Made by a program: the position numbers and the translations under genes. DNA of 64,000 bases, taken from an uncultured virus (IMG/VR IMGVR_UViG_3300017970_000189). Its lineage: Duplodnaviria; Heunggongvirae; Uroviricota; Caudoviricetes. Positions 37,271-46,772 of the stretch are shown here, piece by piece. The stretch lies in IMG/VR virus record IMGVR_UViG_3300017970_000189; one strand, written 5' to 3'. The stretch's first letter is position 1, and every line of letters starts with the position of its first letter. Under the pieces are notes generated by a model. That model searched no databases. It was not told the origin of the DNA and saw only the letters and a program-made list of their open reading frames with translations.

Positions 37271-37936
37271 CTATCCAATGATGTCCCCGGTATTCTGTTC
37301 CACATGGTCTCCGTGAGGGGTCGGCCGCATGATCACCTCAAAGCTCTGATCCTTGCTCTCCACCCGGTAGTACCAGTAGACCCCATCCCGGACGAGTTCG
37401 ATCTTTTCCAGCTCCGCCAGGACGCACATCTCCCGGCTGCCCATCCGATCGACCATCACCTCCCATTTGGACAGCGGACTTGGGCGCCCTTTTTCCTTGT
37501 GCCTCGCCTCGTTCCTCCTCCAGGCGACTGCGAGCACCGCCACCACGTCATCGGGGCTTGCATCCCCCTTCTTCTTTTTCCACCATCCGGCCGGCTTCGC
37601 GCGGAGCTGTTTCCAGCACTCAAGCTTCCAATATTCAGCACTCAGGATCGATCCCAGCTCCATCCCCATGTCCCAGACTTCCGTCAGCGTCCCCTTCTCG
37701 AGAGGAAGCTTGTCCACCACGAACCGGATCGCTCCAGTAACCCAAAGCGTCTGCTTGAATTCGTTCTCCATGTCTCCGGGAACCGAACGATAGACCTTCA
37801 TCGCTTGATCAAATAGATATCCCCGGAGCTCTCCACCGATGTTCCTGGACGAAAACCGCTCGCGCAGTTCGTTGAAATGAGTCCCGGCCCATTCGTAGCC
37901 CGCGAAATATTCAGGAGTCTCAGTCGGGTCCATCAC
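37271..37936 (-). CDS. Hypothetical protein
   Basis: 221 aa; overlaps the upstream stop. Confidence 0.7.
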   Translation of the reverse strand: MMDPTETPEYFAGYEWAGTHFNELRERFSSRNIGGELRGYLFDQAMKVYRSVPGDMENEFKQTLWVTGAIRFVVDKLPLEKGTLTEVWDMGMELGSILSAEYWKLECWKQLRAKPAGWWKKKKGDASPDDVVAVLAVAWRRNEARHKEKGRPSPLSKWEVMVDRMGSREMCVLAELEKIELVRDGVYWYYRVESKDQSFEVIMRPTPHGDHVEQNTGDIIG

Positions 37937-38187
37937 TCAAAATCCTCCTCGTCCGGTTCTTCGTCGGTCCCCTCGTCCGCGGACACTTCCTCATCCAGAT
38001 CCTGCACACCCAGATATTTCTGGTGCAGCTCCTCAAGCTGCGTGGCCATCTTCGGCTTCAGCTTTTTCCCCTCTCCGAAAGCATCCATCACCTCTTCCAG
38101 AAATTCCGCTTCCTCGGAGGTCACATCCTTGGGCATCTGGTCGAGTTCCCTCGCCATCTGCCTGTGCGACTTCTTTTTCTCCTCCAT
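37933..38187 (-). CDS. Small acidic protein
   Basis: GGAGAGGGG RBS; Asp/Glu-rich tail. Confidence 0.7.
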   Translation of the reverse strand: MEEKKKSHRQMARELDQMPKDVTSEEAEFLEEVMDAFGEGKKLKPKMATQLEELHQKYLGVQDLDEEVSADEGTDEEPDEEDFE

Positions 38188-38218
38188 GATCCCCTCTCCT
38201 CTGTTCCCACCGTCTACC

Positions 38219-38410
38219 CTACTCTCCAACCGTCCAGACCGGCTCCCCCTGCGTCTTGCTGCAAGGCTGGCAGAAATTCCCCTCCTGCACCACCTCCCAA
38301 CCCACGCTGCCGCCCATGTAGGACTTGTGGCGCTTCTTCATGACCAGGCGGACCGGCCGCGCATCAGGCGGTTTCTGCGCCCCGTTGCACTTCACACACC
38401 GAAAACTCAT
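38219..38410 (-). CDS. Zn-ribbon protein
   Basis: CVKC...CQPC. Confidence 0.7.
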   Translation of the reverse strand: MSFRCVKCNGAQKPPDARPVRLVMKKRHKSYMGGSVGWEVVQEGNFCQPCSKTQGEPVWTVGE

Positions 38411-38437
38411 CCTTCCATCCCTTAAATAGATTCCAAA

Positions 38438-38893
38438 TCACTTTTCCCACTCTTCCCGAAACGCCCATTCCTTGCCAAACCCTTCGTTCAGTTTTTCCTG
38501 GAGATCCTGGGGAAACTTCCGGCTCAGGCCCGCGCATAGCATGGCGATGGTCCGCTCTTCCGATTTCGTATCGCCGACAAACGGGGCGACGCTCCCTAGG
38601 ATGGACAGGACATAATTACACCCTTGCACGAGGTAACTGTACAGAAACATCGTCCGCTGCGCGGGGTTCATCCGATCCCACAATGCCTGGACGTGCGGCC
38701 GGAGCTTCGAAAGTTCCTTCTTCATCTCGATCTCTCCGAACTCCTTCATCCGGTAGAAATCGAGGCCAAAGTCCACAAGATCCTGCGGGCGAAAAAAATT
38801 TCGGTCGATATAGTAGGCGCACTTGTACATCCGCTCGATCTCTTCCTTGATCGGAGTCCTGTTGTCCGGCCAGATTTTCTTGTGGATGGTCAT
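38438..38893 (-). CDS. Hypothetical protein
   Basis: ATGA overlap; 151 aa. Confidence 0.7.
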   Translation of the reverse strand: MTIHKKIWPDNRTPIKEEIERMYKCAYYIDRNFFRPQDLVDFGLDFYRMKEFGEIEMKKELSKLRPHVQALWDRMNPAQRTMFLYSYLVQGCNYVLSILGSVAPFVGDTKSEERTIAMLCAGLSRKFPQDLQEKLNEGFGKEWAFREEWEK

Positions 38894-39318
38894 TTCGCCC
38901 TGATTTTCTTCCTGAATTTCCGTACGCAGGTCGCTACTCCCTTCGGAGCGTCATAAATATCGCTGTCCCGAAACCCGAGCGTGACGTGCATGTCCTTCGG
39001 ATCAAACCCGCGCCGTCGCCGGAAGGCTTGTGCATCCGGCCAGGATACCACGATGAAATAGACCGCGTTCTCCCCTTCCTCCTGCTTCCCGAGACATTCG
39101 TACTTCGGAATGCCCGATACTTTGATACCCGTCAGCCTCTTCTCAAAGACCTCCTCATCCCACCCCTTCTTCTCCCGAAACTCTTCTCCTTCCGGAGGAG
39201 TCAGGAGCGTGATGTGGTATTCCCCGCGTGACTGGAGACCTCTTTCCGGAAGCCTCACGCCGGGATCCGCCACGGGAATCACGACGGCTCCGTTCAGAAT
39301 TTCCGTCCGGGTCTTCAT
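38890..39318 (-). CDS. 2H phosphoesterase
   Basis: Two HxT motifs (YHITL, MHVTLGF) about 75 aa apart. Confidence 0.85.
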   Translation of the reverse strand: MKTRTEILNGAVVIPVADPGVRLPERGLQSRGEYHITLLTPPEGEEFREKKGWDEEVFEKRLTGIKVSGIPKYECLGKQEEGENAVYFIVVSWPDAQAFRRRRGFDPKDMHVTLGFRDSDIYDAPKGVATCVRKFRKKIRAK

Positions 39319-39379
39319 CGGCTACCCGTCCGCGAGATCCACTCCTCGATCTGGACGCCTTCGGCCTCAAGCATCCTCA

Positions 39380-39874
39380 TCAGAAAAGCACTCCCTGTTC
39401 CGGCTCCCATTCCATGAGTTCTTGATAGCTGAATTTGTTCCCGTGCTCGAGGCACTCCTTCACATTCACCATCGGCCCCGAAAACCCCAGAAGTTCACTT
39501 CCCCACTTGAGCAGCACATACTGAGGAACGTGTTCCTGAAGGACGACGAACCGGCGGCCAAAGTCGGTAATCGTCCACATGCCACTCGTCCGCTTGTCCC
39601 GGTCGGAATTTTTGGCTTCCTCGACCAATCCCCAGGCGGATAATACCCCAAATTCTCCCCGGGCGCCTTCCTTGTCAAATTGCTTGACGTGAAAATATTT
39701 TTTATCCGGCATCGCCTGGTGCAGCTTATAGAGCCGGATCAACCCTCGAGCCATCGCCCGGGACAGCCGGCGCTGATATACCTTCAGAAACCTTCCGCAC
39801 TCCCCGCAGCGATGACCCTTGTCCCGATCGGCAACCTCATGCCAAGGAAGCCCGTTGAACTCTCCCGATGTCAT
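39380..39874 (-). CDS. Zn-finger/winged-helix hypothetical protein
   Basis: CGECG; WGLVE...GMWTITDFG; ends QGVLF. Confidence 0.7.
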   Translation of the reverse strand: MTSGEFNGLPWHEVADRDKGHRCGECGRFLKVYQRRLSRAMARGLIRLYKLHQAMPDKKYFHVKQFDKEGARGEFGVLSAWGLVEEAKNSDRDKRTSGMWTITDFGRRFVVLQEHVPQYVLLKWGSELLGFSGPMVNVKECLEHGNKFSYQELMEWEPEQGVLF

Positions 39875-39877
39875 GAT

Positions 39878-40204
39878 TCACTCACGAGACCCTTCCAATC
39901 TCTTCATGTTTTTCACAAGCCTTTGAGCGACTGCGTAAATATCATCCTTTTTGCCTGGAAGCCGTTTCCCCACCATAACCATAATCACGGCGTCGTCCTT
40001 CACCTGGTACAGGATCCGGTATCGACCTCTCCATGCTTGAATGCTTCTATACCCCTCAAGCGTATCTTGAAGAGCCTTCCCCTTGGATAGTGGATTTTTA
40101 GCCAGACCTTCGAAGGTCTCGAAGATCTCTCTCACAATTTTTTTATCTTTGACGGCCTCAAGACACCGATGAGCCTGGGAGGAAACCTGGGTTTTGAAAA
40201 TCAA
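39878..40204 (-). CDS. relE: RelE/ParE-family toxin
   Basis: LAKNP..GKAL...LEGYRS....RYRILY; directly downstream of the antitoxin. Confidence 0.88.
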   Translation of the reverse strand: MIFKTQVSSQAHRCLEAVKDKKIVREIFETFEGLAKNPLSKGKALQDTLEGYRSIQAWRGRYRILYQVKDDAVIMVMVGKRLPGKKDDIYAVAQRLVKNMKRLEGSRE

Positions 40205-40467
40205 AGACCCAGCCTCCTCTTCGACTCCGCAGTCGAGATCACCCGGCCATTCTCAATGTCCTTTACAGCCTTCCTGAACCCCTCCATGAACTTCTCATCC
40301 GAAAGAATTTCTAGAGTTTCCAGAAGGGATTCATAAAGATCTTCGGAAACGATCCTGGCCACAGGCTTTCCTCGACGCGCAATCTGCACACCTCCCCTCA
40401 AGACGCTGACCTCATCGACCAATTTAGGAAGGTGAGCTCTCGCTTCAGTCACGCTCATGGTCTTCAT
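40201..40467 (-). CDS. Phd/YefM-family antitoxin
   Basis: SVTEARAHL..LVDEV...IARRGKPVARIVS...YESLLETLEILS. Confidence 0.93.
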   Translation of the reverse strand: MKTMSVTEARAHLPKLVDEVSVLRGGVQIARRGKPVARIVSEDLYESLLETLEILSDEKFMEGFRKAVKDIENGRVISTAESKRRLGL

Positions 40468-40477
40468 GTACTCCTCC

Positions 40478-40516
40478 TGTACCTGTATCTGTACATGAAG
40501 ATGTACCTATAGTCAA
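40478..40516 (-). promoter_or_regulatory. TA operon promoter with palindromic operator
   Basis: TTGACT-N17-TACAGA; inverted repeat GTACAT-N4-ATGTAC (40491-40506) and further TGTAC copies. Confidence 0.75.
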
Positions 40517-40521
40517 GAGCT

Positions 40522-43311
40522 TCATGCGCTCTCGACCTCTTCCTTCTCCTCTTCAGGCTCTTCCTTCGGAAACTCGATGACCTGCTTCTTCGATCCCTTT
40601 TGAAGATACCGTTCCGCCAGCTTCCGGATATGGTCAGAACTCACCTTGTTTTCGACCACAGGCTTGTCCGGATCTCGGATACCCTCGATCTGAGCGGTCT
40701 TCAATCCCAACGTCTCCGCGATCACCGGATCCGACCCTCTCTCCGCGACCAGGAAGATCGCTGTCACCGGCTCCTTCTGCCCGTCCCGAAACACCCGGCC
40801 GATGCATTGATCGAGCACTCCCGGGGTCCAATCCAACTCCGCAAAAACCACCGTACGGCAAATACTCTGAAGACCATCCACCCCAACCCCTGAACGAAGC
40901 GACATGAGAAGAACCTTGGTCTCCCCCTTCATGAACCGATCGAGCGCCTCCTGCTTCTTCGTCGCCGACTCGGTTCCCGTGTACATCGCCGGTGCGAGTT
41001 CCGTGAGCCTCGAAAGCAGGATGTCGTACACGGCCCGGTGCCACGCAAAGACCACCACCGGCTCGTCATCGCCATCCACGATCAGGCGGATGAAATCGGC
41101 AATATAGGGCGCCTTCGCAACCCCCGTCGCTTGTCTCATCACCTGATTGAATTCCTCAGTCGCCTTCATCTTGTCCCATCCCGCCGTCTTTTCGTTCGAA
41201 AGGATGATCTTGGCAAGCTGAGAAGCCGAATCGGCGACCTGATTGAGCGCGCTTTCGTCGCTGTCGATATACTGCGGGATCTTGGTGAGAGGAGGAAGTT
41301 CCCGACCCACTTCCTTCCTCGTCCGGCGGAGCATGATGTGCTCGGCCCGAAGATAGGATCCCAGCGCCTTCGGATCCCTTACCGCCGGAGCCCTCCCATC
41401 GTAACTCCTCTCCCCGTAGCACCACTCCCGCAAGAACTCCTGCCAGGTGCCCAGCGCATCCTCCTGGAGCACGTTCACCACGTTCCAGATCTCGCCCCCC
41501 ATGTTGTAGATCGGAGTTCCGGAGGCCCCCAGCCTGAACCTCATCTGCCGCGAGATATGTTCCGCCGCCTTGTATTTATTCGATTCCGCTCTCCTCAATT
41601 CTTGGCATTCATCAAAGATAACGCTCCGCCCATAAGCCGCCAAAGTCTCCGCCCAACCGTTCAGTTTGTGATAATTGACGATGATGACATCAGGACCTTT
41701 CCCTTTGATCCTGGGAAGCTCATAAGGCGTCCCCTTCGTGATGATGTGAGTCGTCAGCAACGGCATGAAGCGCCAAGTCATGCTCTGCCACTGCATCGGC
41801 ATCGTTCCCGTCAGTGTCACCACGATCGCCGGCAGCGTCCGCTTGTCGGTGAGCGCGGCCAGGGCCGAAACGGTATTGTGAGTGACGATATACCCATCTG
41901 TCACATAAAGTTGTCTTTTTGATGAAGTCGAGATACAGACCGTCTCCTTCAATCCCATAGACGTTGCCGAATGGATCGGCCTATAAAGCCTCTGTGGCTC
42001 CCACCGAATTGCTTTGCTTTTGACCGTGAACGGATTGAAGGGAGTCCGAACAAAAACGTTGTAAGACAACCTTCCTTTCTTCTTCTCTCCCTTATATTTG
42101 TAAGTTGGAATGCGTGATGTCAGAGTGGTCACTCCACCCAATCCCATCACCAGTTCCCGAATCCCGTCCTTCAGCCTCTCGGATGAAGTCGAGTACGAAG
42201 TCACCCCATGCTTCTTTTCGCATGTTCCATCCGTATCCATCAGCCCCTGTAAAAGCTGAAGGCGCTCTCCTTTGGAGGCCCTGAAATAGACCTCAGGAAT
42301 GAACTTCTCATGAGATTCGAGGCCGGCAAGCCCAAGTAACCGAATGGTTTCGAGAAGAGGGTTCGGGCCGGACTCTGCAGTTCGGCTGATCCTCCAATCA
42401 CAACCACGATCATGAACAAGCTCAACTCCCACTGGTAGCCTGAGCCTGACCCCCTCTATAAAATCTTGATCGCTCTTTGAAATAAGGACCGCATGTTCTT
42501 TGAAAGTGCCATCCCCAAGAAGCGCCCCAAGGAGATAAGGGTCCAGCGGCAATTTCCCTTGCGCCTTGAATTCCACGGCAGCGGTCAAAGGAAGGAAATA
42601 CATATGCCGAGCTTCCTTCTTCCTTCCCATGTACTTGACCAGCTTTTCCCGGAATTCTTTTAGAGGAAGAATTCTCGACGTACCCCGATTCTTGTCATTC
42701 GTGTCCTGAACATGCCAGAGGTGCTCGTCACAACATTCCGTGGAGAATCCATCCGCCATCTCCACCTTAAAGACTTCCTTTGCCCCCCGAGGATGGATTC
42801 CTGTTATTTCAGAAATTCCCCCATCAGGATCGATGATCTCATCCCCTTTCTTAAGATCTCCAATCTTTCTCCACCCGGAAGGGGTCAACACTTTTGCATC
42901 GAGAGGTTGCGCCTTCCCCGTTCCGAGCTCGTCGGCCAGCAACAAGAATCCGCGCTCAAGCAAAATACTCGCCGCCAGTTTCTGATAATCCCGCGGCGGG
43001 AGACCCATCTTGAATTCCCGCCCGGTATAGTTCTGGTCGATGAGCTGATCGAGCGTCGCCATCGTCTCGATGTGGCGTTCGCTTCCCCGGTTCAGGATCC
43101 TCCGGTCTCCCGGAGAAACATCCATCGGATAGCGCCCGAGAAACCAGACGATCTCCCGACAGACCTCATCCGTGTTCTGAAGTCTCACCACGCCGTGCTC
43201 CGCCGCCCAGATGCGGGCAAAGATTCTCTTCGCCCGAAGAAGCAGGTGAGGTTCCCCCTCGATGTGCCACTTCCCGTCCAGAAGCCAGACTTTCCCGAAA
43301 ATCCGCGCCAT
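40522..43311 (-). CDS. SNF2-family helicase interrupted by an intein
   Basis: LLADELGTGK/T, IFDECQ, ASGTP, MLRRT, GVGVDGL, QCIGRVFR. Confidence 0.93.
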   Translation of the reverse strand: MARIFGKVWLLDGKWHIEGEPHLLLRAKRIFARIWAAEHGVVRLQNTDEVCREIVWFLGRYPMDVSPGDRRILNRGSERHIETMATLDQLIDQNYTGREFKMGLPPRDYQKLAASILLERGFLLLADELGTGKAQPLDAKVLTPSGWRKIGDLKKGDEIIDPDGGISEITGIHPRGAKEVFKVEMADGFSTECCDEHLWHVQDTNDKNRGTSRILPLKEFREKLVKYMGRKKEARHMYFLPLTAAVEFKAQGKLPLDPYLLGALLGDGTFKEHAVLISKSDQDFIEGVRLRLPVGVELVHDRGCDWRISRTAESGPNPLLETIRLLGLAGLESHEKFIPEVYFRASKGERLQLLQGLMDTDGTCEKKHGVTSYSTSSERLKDGIRELVMGLGGVTTLTSRIPTYKYKGEKKKGRLSYNVFVRTPFNPFTVKSKAIRWEPQRLYRPIHSATSMGLKETVCISTSSKRQLYVTDGYIVTHNTVSALAALTDKRTLPAIVVTLTGTMPMQWQSMTWRFMPLLTTHIITKGTPYELPRIKGKGPDVIIVNYHKLNGWAETLAAYGRSVIFDECQELRRAESNKYKAAEHISRQMRFRLGASGTPIYNMGGEIWNVVNVLQEDALGTWQEFLREWCYGERSYDGRAPAVRDPKALGSYLRAEHIMLRRTRKEVGRELPPLTKIPQYIDSDESALNQVADSASQLAKIILSNEKTAGWDKMKATEEFNQVMRQATGVAKAPYIADFIRLIVDGDDEPVVVFAWHRAVYDILLSRLTELAPAMYTGTESATKKQEALDRFMKGETKVLLMSLRSGVGVDGLQSICRTVVFAELDWTPGVLDQCIGRVFRDGQKEPVTAIFLVAERGSDPVIAETLGLKTAQIEGIRDPDKPVVENKVSSDHIRKLAERYLQKGSKKQVIEFPKEEPEEEKEEVESA
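41875..42912 (-). mobile_element. Class 3 intein (about 346 aa) with LAGLIDADG homing endonuclease
   Basis: Starts AQPLDA, ends VTHN/T; EHLW, TVCI and VTHN give the WCT signature; LLGALLGDG and LLQGLMDTDG. Confidence 0.92.
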
Positions 43312-43314
43312 CGA

Positions 43315-43677
43315 CTAGGATTTCTGAATGTTCGGAATAACCCGGAGAAGACAGGAAAGATGCGCCTTAAATCCCACTTGTTGAGGACCCCCCTCAATAT
43401 TGCAGTTGACCAAGGATTTCATGTCGACGTAGGGCTCCAACGATCCAGAGGCGAACCATTCGTGAAGCGGAGCCTTCTGTCGAGGGTCATGATGGATCTC
43501 GGCTTTCACCCACTTGATCTTTCCTGAGCAGATCGTGCAGGTGTAGTCGCACCGGTCCATGGTTTTAAGGGCTGCATCGATCTCAGAGCTCGTAGGGAAA
43601 GCTCCGCAGTGCCCACAATTGGTGTAGGTCACGGAAACACCGTCAAGAACCGTAATTTCACTCGTCACGGAGACCAT
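43315..43677 (-). CDS. Cys-rich hypothetical protein
   Basis: CGHC, CTIC, HLSC; AGGAGG RBS. Confidence 0.7.
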   Translation of the reverse strand: MVSVTSEITVLDGVSVTYTNCGHCGAFPTSSEIDAALKTMDRCDYTCTICSGKIKWVKAEIHHDPRQKAPLHEWFASGSLEPYVDMKSLVNCNIEGGPQQVGFKAHLSCLLRVIPNIQKS

Positions 43678-43687
43678 TCTTCCTCCT

Positions 43688-44062
43688 CTAAAGAAAATTC
43701 TCCCAGAGCGCCACGACGCTCAGCCTCTTTCCCAAAAGCTCCTTAGGCAGCTTCCCGAGCGCATAGCGTCCCGTCACCAGCATGAGCTCCTTCACGCCCG
43801 GACAGGCCGCGTATCCCAGAAGCTGCCTCGCCACCTCCGATGGACTTCCCTTCGTCTTCACCTCGAGCCCAATCCCCCCAGCCACCAGGAAGTCGATCAC
43901 TTCCTTCTCGCTGATTCTTTTCTCCCGTTCGAAGGGAATGTTTTTTTCATGAAGGACCTGGGCGATTCCTTCCTGGAGCTGCTTTTCTGTGGAGTAGATA
44001 AATTTATGAGACTTGATTACCTCCACGATCAAGGGAGCCTCGACGACCTCTCCAGTATCCAC
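43688..44062 (-). CDS. PD-(D/E)XK nuclease-like protein
   Basis: E..LQ...FERE...IDFLV...IGLEVK...Q...Y. Confidence 0.8.
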   Translation of the reverse strand: MDTGEVVEAPLIVEVIKSHKFIYSTEKQLQEGIAQVLHEKNIPFEREKRISEKEVIDFLVAGGIGLEVKTKGSPSEVARQLLGYAACPGVKELMLVTGRYALGKLPKELLGKRLSVVALWENFL

Positions 44063-44063
44063 C

Positions 44064-44333
44064 TCAGGTCGTCGAGACGATCTCCATCGAATCCAGCTTG
44101 GCGTAATCCTTAGCCCCGTCTCCTTCTCGGACAACTTTGTAATCATTCGCATCGAGGTTGTAATGCTCGATCCGCCAGATCCCACAATGATCCGACTTGC
44201 ACTTGCACTTGCTCAGCACGACCAGAGTGCCGGGCTTTAGTGCCCTCTCCAGCGCTTCCCTATCCTCGATGACATTCAACCTGCCCTGGGCTTTCCTCCC
44301 CAGCCAGGCGACTAGACGTAACATCGTTTTCAT
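44064..44333 (-). CDS. Hypothetical protein
   Basis: TGATG overlap. Confidence 0.6.
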   Translation of the reverse strand: MKTMLRLVAWLGRKAQGRLNVIEDREALERALKPGTLVVLSKCKCKSDHCGIWRIEHYNLDANDYKVVREGDGAKDYAKLDSMEIVSTT

Positions 44334-44518
44334 CAGATGCTCCCCCAGTTCATCCCAGCCCAGGCGTTGCAGCGAACCAACCAAATGGGCAGGAACGGCC
44401 GCGCGAAGATCCACTTCCTCATTTCCGGCTGAAGATAAATCCGGAGGGCCTGCTTAGCTGAAGCCCAGGACGCCATGTTCCCTCGGGGATACTTACACCG
44501 GATCTCGATCGGCATCAT
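44333..44518 (-). CDS. Hypothetical protein
   Basis: Overlap-coupled on both sides. Confidence 0.5.
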   Translation of the reverse strand: MMPIEIRCKYPRGNMASWASAKQALRIYLQPEMRKWIFARPFLPIWLVRCNAWAGMNWGSI

Positions 44519-44970
44519 GCCTTCACCATCGCCGGCGCCTTGGGACACGCTCCGAAGGGATCAATCCCCGGCGGGCCCCCGGACATGCTCTTCCCCATCC
44601 AGCAGCCGCATCCGTACGAACACTCGCTCGTCAAAAATATCCCGATCTTCTCCCTCAATTCGAAGCCGTTGTACTTATGCGTTCCCATGTCGCCAAAGGC
44701 GCGAGGTTCACGCGGCTCCTCATGCTTCCTCACGATTTTTCCTCTGAATCTATCGAGAGCCTTGCAACGCCCGAAGCACATGCACGGACTGTGCCTCAGG
44801 CTCTCTTCCTCCACCCAATGATTTCTCTCCCGGCCATCCACGAGCAGCGCCGCGATCTTGACTTTCTTCTTCATCTCGAGAATCCGGCACGGAATCTCCG
44901 CCGTAAAGCAATAGCCGCGCGTGCTCTTCCGCTTCCAGATCATCGGATGCTTCTTTTCGTCGTACTCCAT
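44515..44970 (-). CDS. Hypothetical Cys-containing protein
   Basis: GGAGAGG RBS and TGATG overlap. Confidence 0.65.
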   Translation of the reverse strand: MEYDEKKHPMIWKRKSTRGYCFTAEIPCRILEMKKKVKIAALLVDGRERNHWVEEESLRHSPCMCFGRCKALDRFRGKIVRKHEEPREPRAFGDMGTHKYNGFELREKIGIFLTSECSYGCGCWMGKSMSGGPPGIDPFGACPKAPAMVKA

Positions 44971-46226
44971 CAGAGTCCTCTCCAAAAATTGACAGGCTCG
45001 AGGCAGCCGCAGCGGACTCTCACCACATGAGGGTCTCCGGGAACTACGTCAACCTTCATTTCGAACGGGCCGGAGATGAACTCCTTGTTTTGATCAAATG
45101 GGTCGTCCTTGCAGGTGGGCTTTACGCACTTGCTCATCTTCCACCATTCGCCCGTTTTTGGATACGCCGGATAGTCGAACTCTCCATCCGAAAGGCCGAT
45201 GAAGAAGGAATTCCCCTCGGTGTCCCAGACCTCAACCCTGATCTCATGCTCAAGAACCTTCGAGATCCTTCCCAGGAGCCCCACAGCGGGAGATGTGCGA
45301 CGCCTGACGCGCACCCAGGCGCCCGGCGTGTATTTCTCCACGAGCGACGGCTTCCAAGGTCTGACAACTCCACTCGGATGGGGAATTCCACACGGGCATC
45401 TGTCCTGCCCATGCCCATCATTGATCCAGGAGTGAACGTGGCCGCTTCCTTTCTCGGCCTTCTCTACCAGGAGCCAGCCCTCCCAATACTCCCTGATCCT
45501 TTGGGTGATATCCGCCCGGAACTTTTCGAAAAACTTCATCGCCTCTTCGGTCAAAAATGCCGGCTTGAGGTCCTCTGGAATATATCCCCAGATCACTGCG
45601 AGGACTTGGAACCAATCCTTGGTTTGGATGAAATTTGCAAAGGCCGTTGTGAATTCCCGGGCTACATAATCTTCTGGGTCCCGCATCCATTCCAAGTACA
45701 TCCCGGTAAACGTCTCAGGATCACCCTTAGCCTTGAGATGAATTCCCCATTCCTTAAGGAGTCCCTTGATAAACGTCCCCTGAATATGATGAAAAATTTC
45801 AAGCGTCGGCTGTGTCGCTTCGGCTTTCACCGCCGGCCGCTTCTTGACCTTCCTTCCTCTCCAAATATCCACAAACTCATCCAGCGTCAGATCTCCGTCC
45901 ACCATCCGGAGAAGGTCCTTCCGGTAGACCTCAAACTCCACCCCCTCTTCGGGAGGATGGACCGGCGTATACCAAGGCGTGAACCCGGCATTCACCGTCA
46001 CCGTCTGCCTGACATCTGCACGCCCTTCGCACCGCCTGGCGAACTCATCGCAGGAGACCGGATCGATCCGCCTGAAAATCCGGTTTCTTCTTTCTTCCGC
46101 ACGGTCTCTGAGAAATTTGGTCAGTACAGCAACCACAATACCCGCAAGAAAAAGCCACGGGAGCCCGTAGCTCAGCACTGTCATGCCGTCCGAACAGCCA
46201 TGCAAGAGCGCGTTCCATTTATCCAC
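44970..46226 (-). CDS. Chimeric membrane-anchored protein with segments homologous to 63684..64000 and 58305..60551
   Basis: GTG with GGAGG RBS; N-terminal TM; two within-window homologies aligned by eye. Confidence 0.8.
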   Translation of the reverse strand: MDKWNALLHGCSDGMTVLSYGLPWLFLAGIVVAVLTKFLRDRAEERRNRIFRRIDPVSCDEFARRCEGRADVRQTVTVNAGFTPWYTPVHPPEEGVEFEVYRKDLLRMVDGDLTLDEFVDIWRGRKVKKRPAVKAEATQPTLEIFHHIQGTFIKGLLKEWGIHLKAKGDPETFTGMYLEWMRDPEDYVAREFTTAFANFIQTKDWFQVLAVIWGYIPEDLKPAFLTEEAMKFFEKFRADITQRIREYWEGWLLVEKAEKGSGHVHSWINDGHGQDRCPCGIPHPSGVVRPWKPSLVEKYTPGAWVRVRRRTSPAVGLLGRISKVLEHEIRVEVWDTEGNSFFIGLSDGEFDYPAYPKTGEWWKMSKCVKPTCKDDPFDQNKEFISGPFEMKVDVVPGDPHVVRVRCGCLEPVNFWRGL

Positions 46227-46238
46227 TTCAACCTCCCT

Positions 46239-46772
46239 CTACCCGATGCCGCCAACTTTTTCCACCGCCACCTTCCGTTCCTTTTCCCCCTTCTCCTCTA
46301 CCTTCTCGAACTCCATCTTCGCCCCCGGAAACGACTTCATCAGCTTGAGCGTCGTGCGTCCGGACAGCGGATCCGCCCCGAGCTCGATCAGATTTTTCAT
46401 CGTGATCCCGCTTTTCGGTCCCACCATGACCACCCCGATCTCCGGAACCTCCCATGAAAGCGTGAGCCCCGTCGCATCCCACTCCTTGCCCATCATCGTC
46501 CAGGCAAGCCCGAACTCCCCGGCAAAGATCTCCCTCGATTCCTCCAGACACAGCATCAGCCACTTCACTTTCGCCTTGCAGAACCGCGTCGCCTTCGCCC
46601 CGCATTTGCAAAGCTCCTGCGGCTCAAGAAGCACCTCGCAGGATTCCGCTCCCTCCGCAAATTTGATCATCCAGCCCATCGTCTGGCAACGCTCTCCGGC
46701 CCTGAAGAAATTTCCGATCTGCCGCGCTCCGTCAAGAAGCCGTTCGGACGTCGGCCGCTCGATAACGGTCAC
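46239..46772 (-). CDS. Hypothetical protein
   Basis: GTGA overlap with AAGGAG RBS. Confidence 0.7.
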   Translation of the reverse strand: MTVIERPTSERLLDGARQIGNFFRAGERCQTMGWMIKFAEGAESCEVLLEPQELCKCGAKATRFCKAKVKWLMLCLEESREIFAGEFGLAWTMMGKEWDATGLTLSWEVPEIGVVMVGPKSGITMKNLIELGADPLSGRTTLKLMKSFPGAKMEFEKVEEKGEKERKVAVEKVGGIG

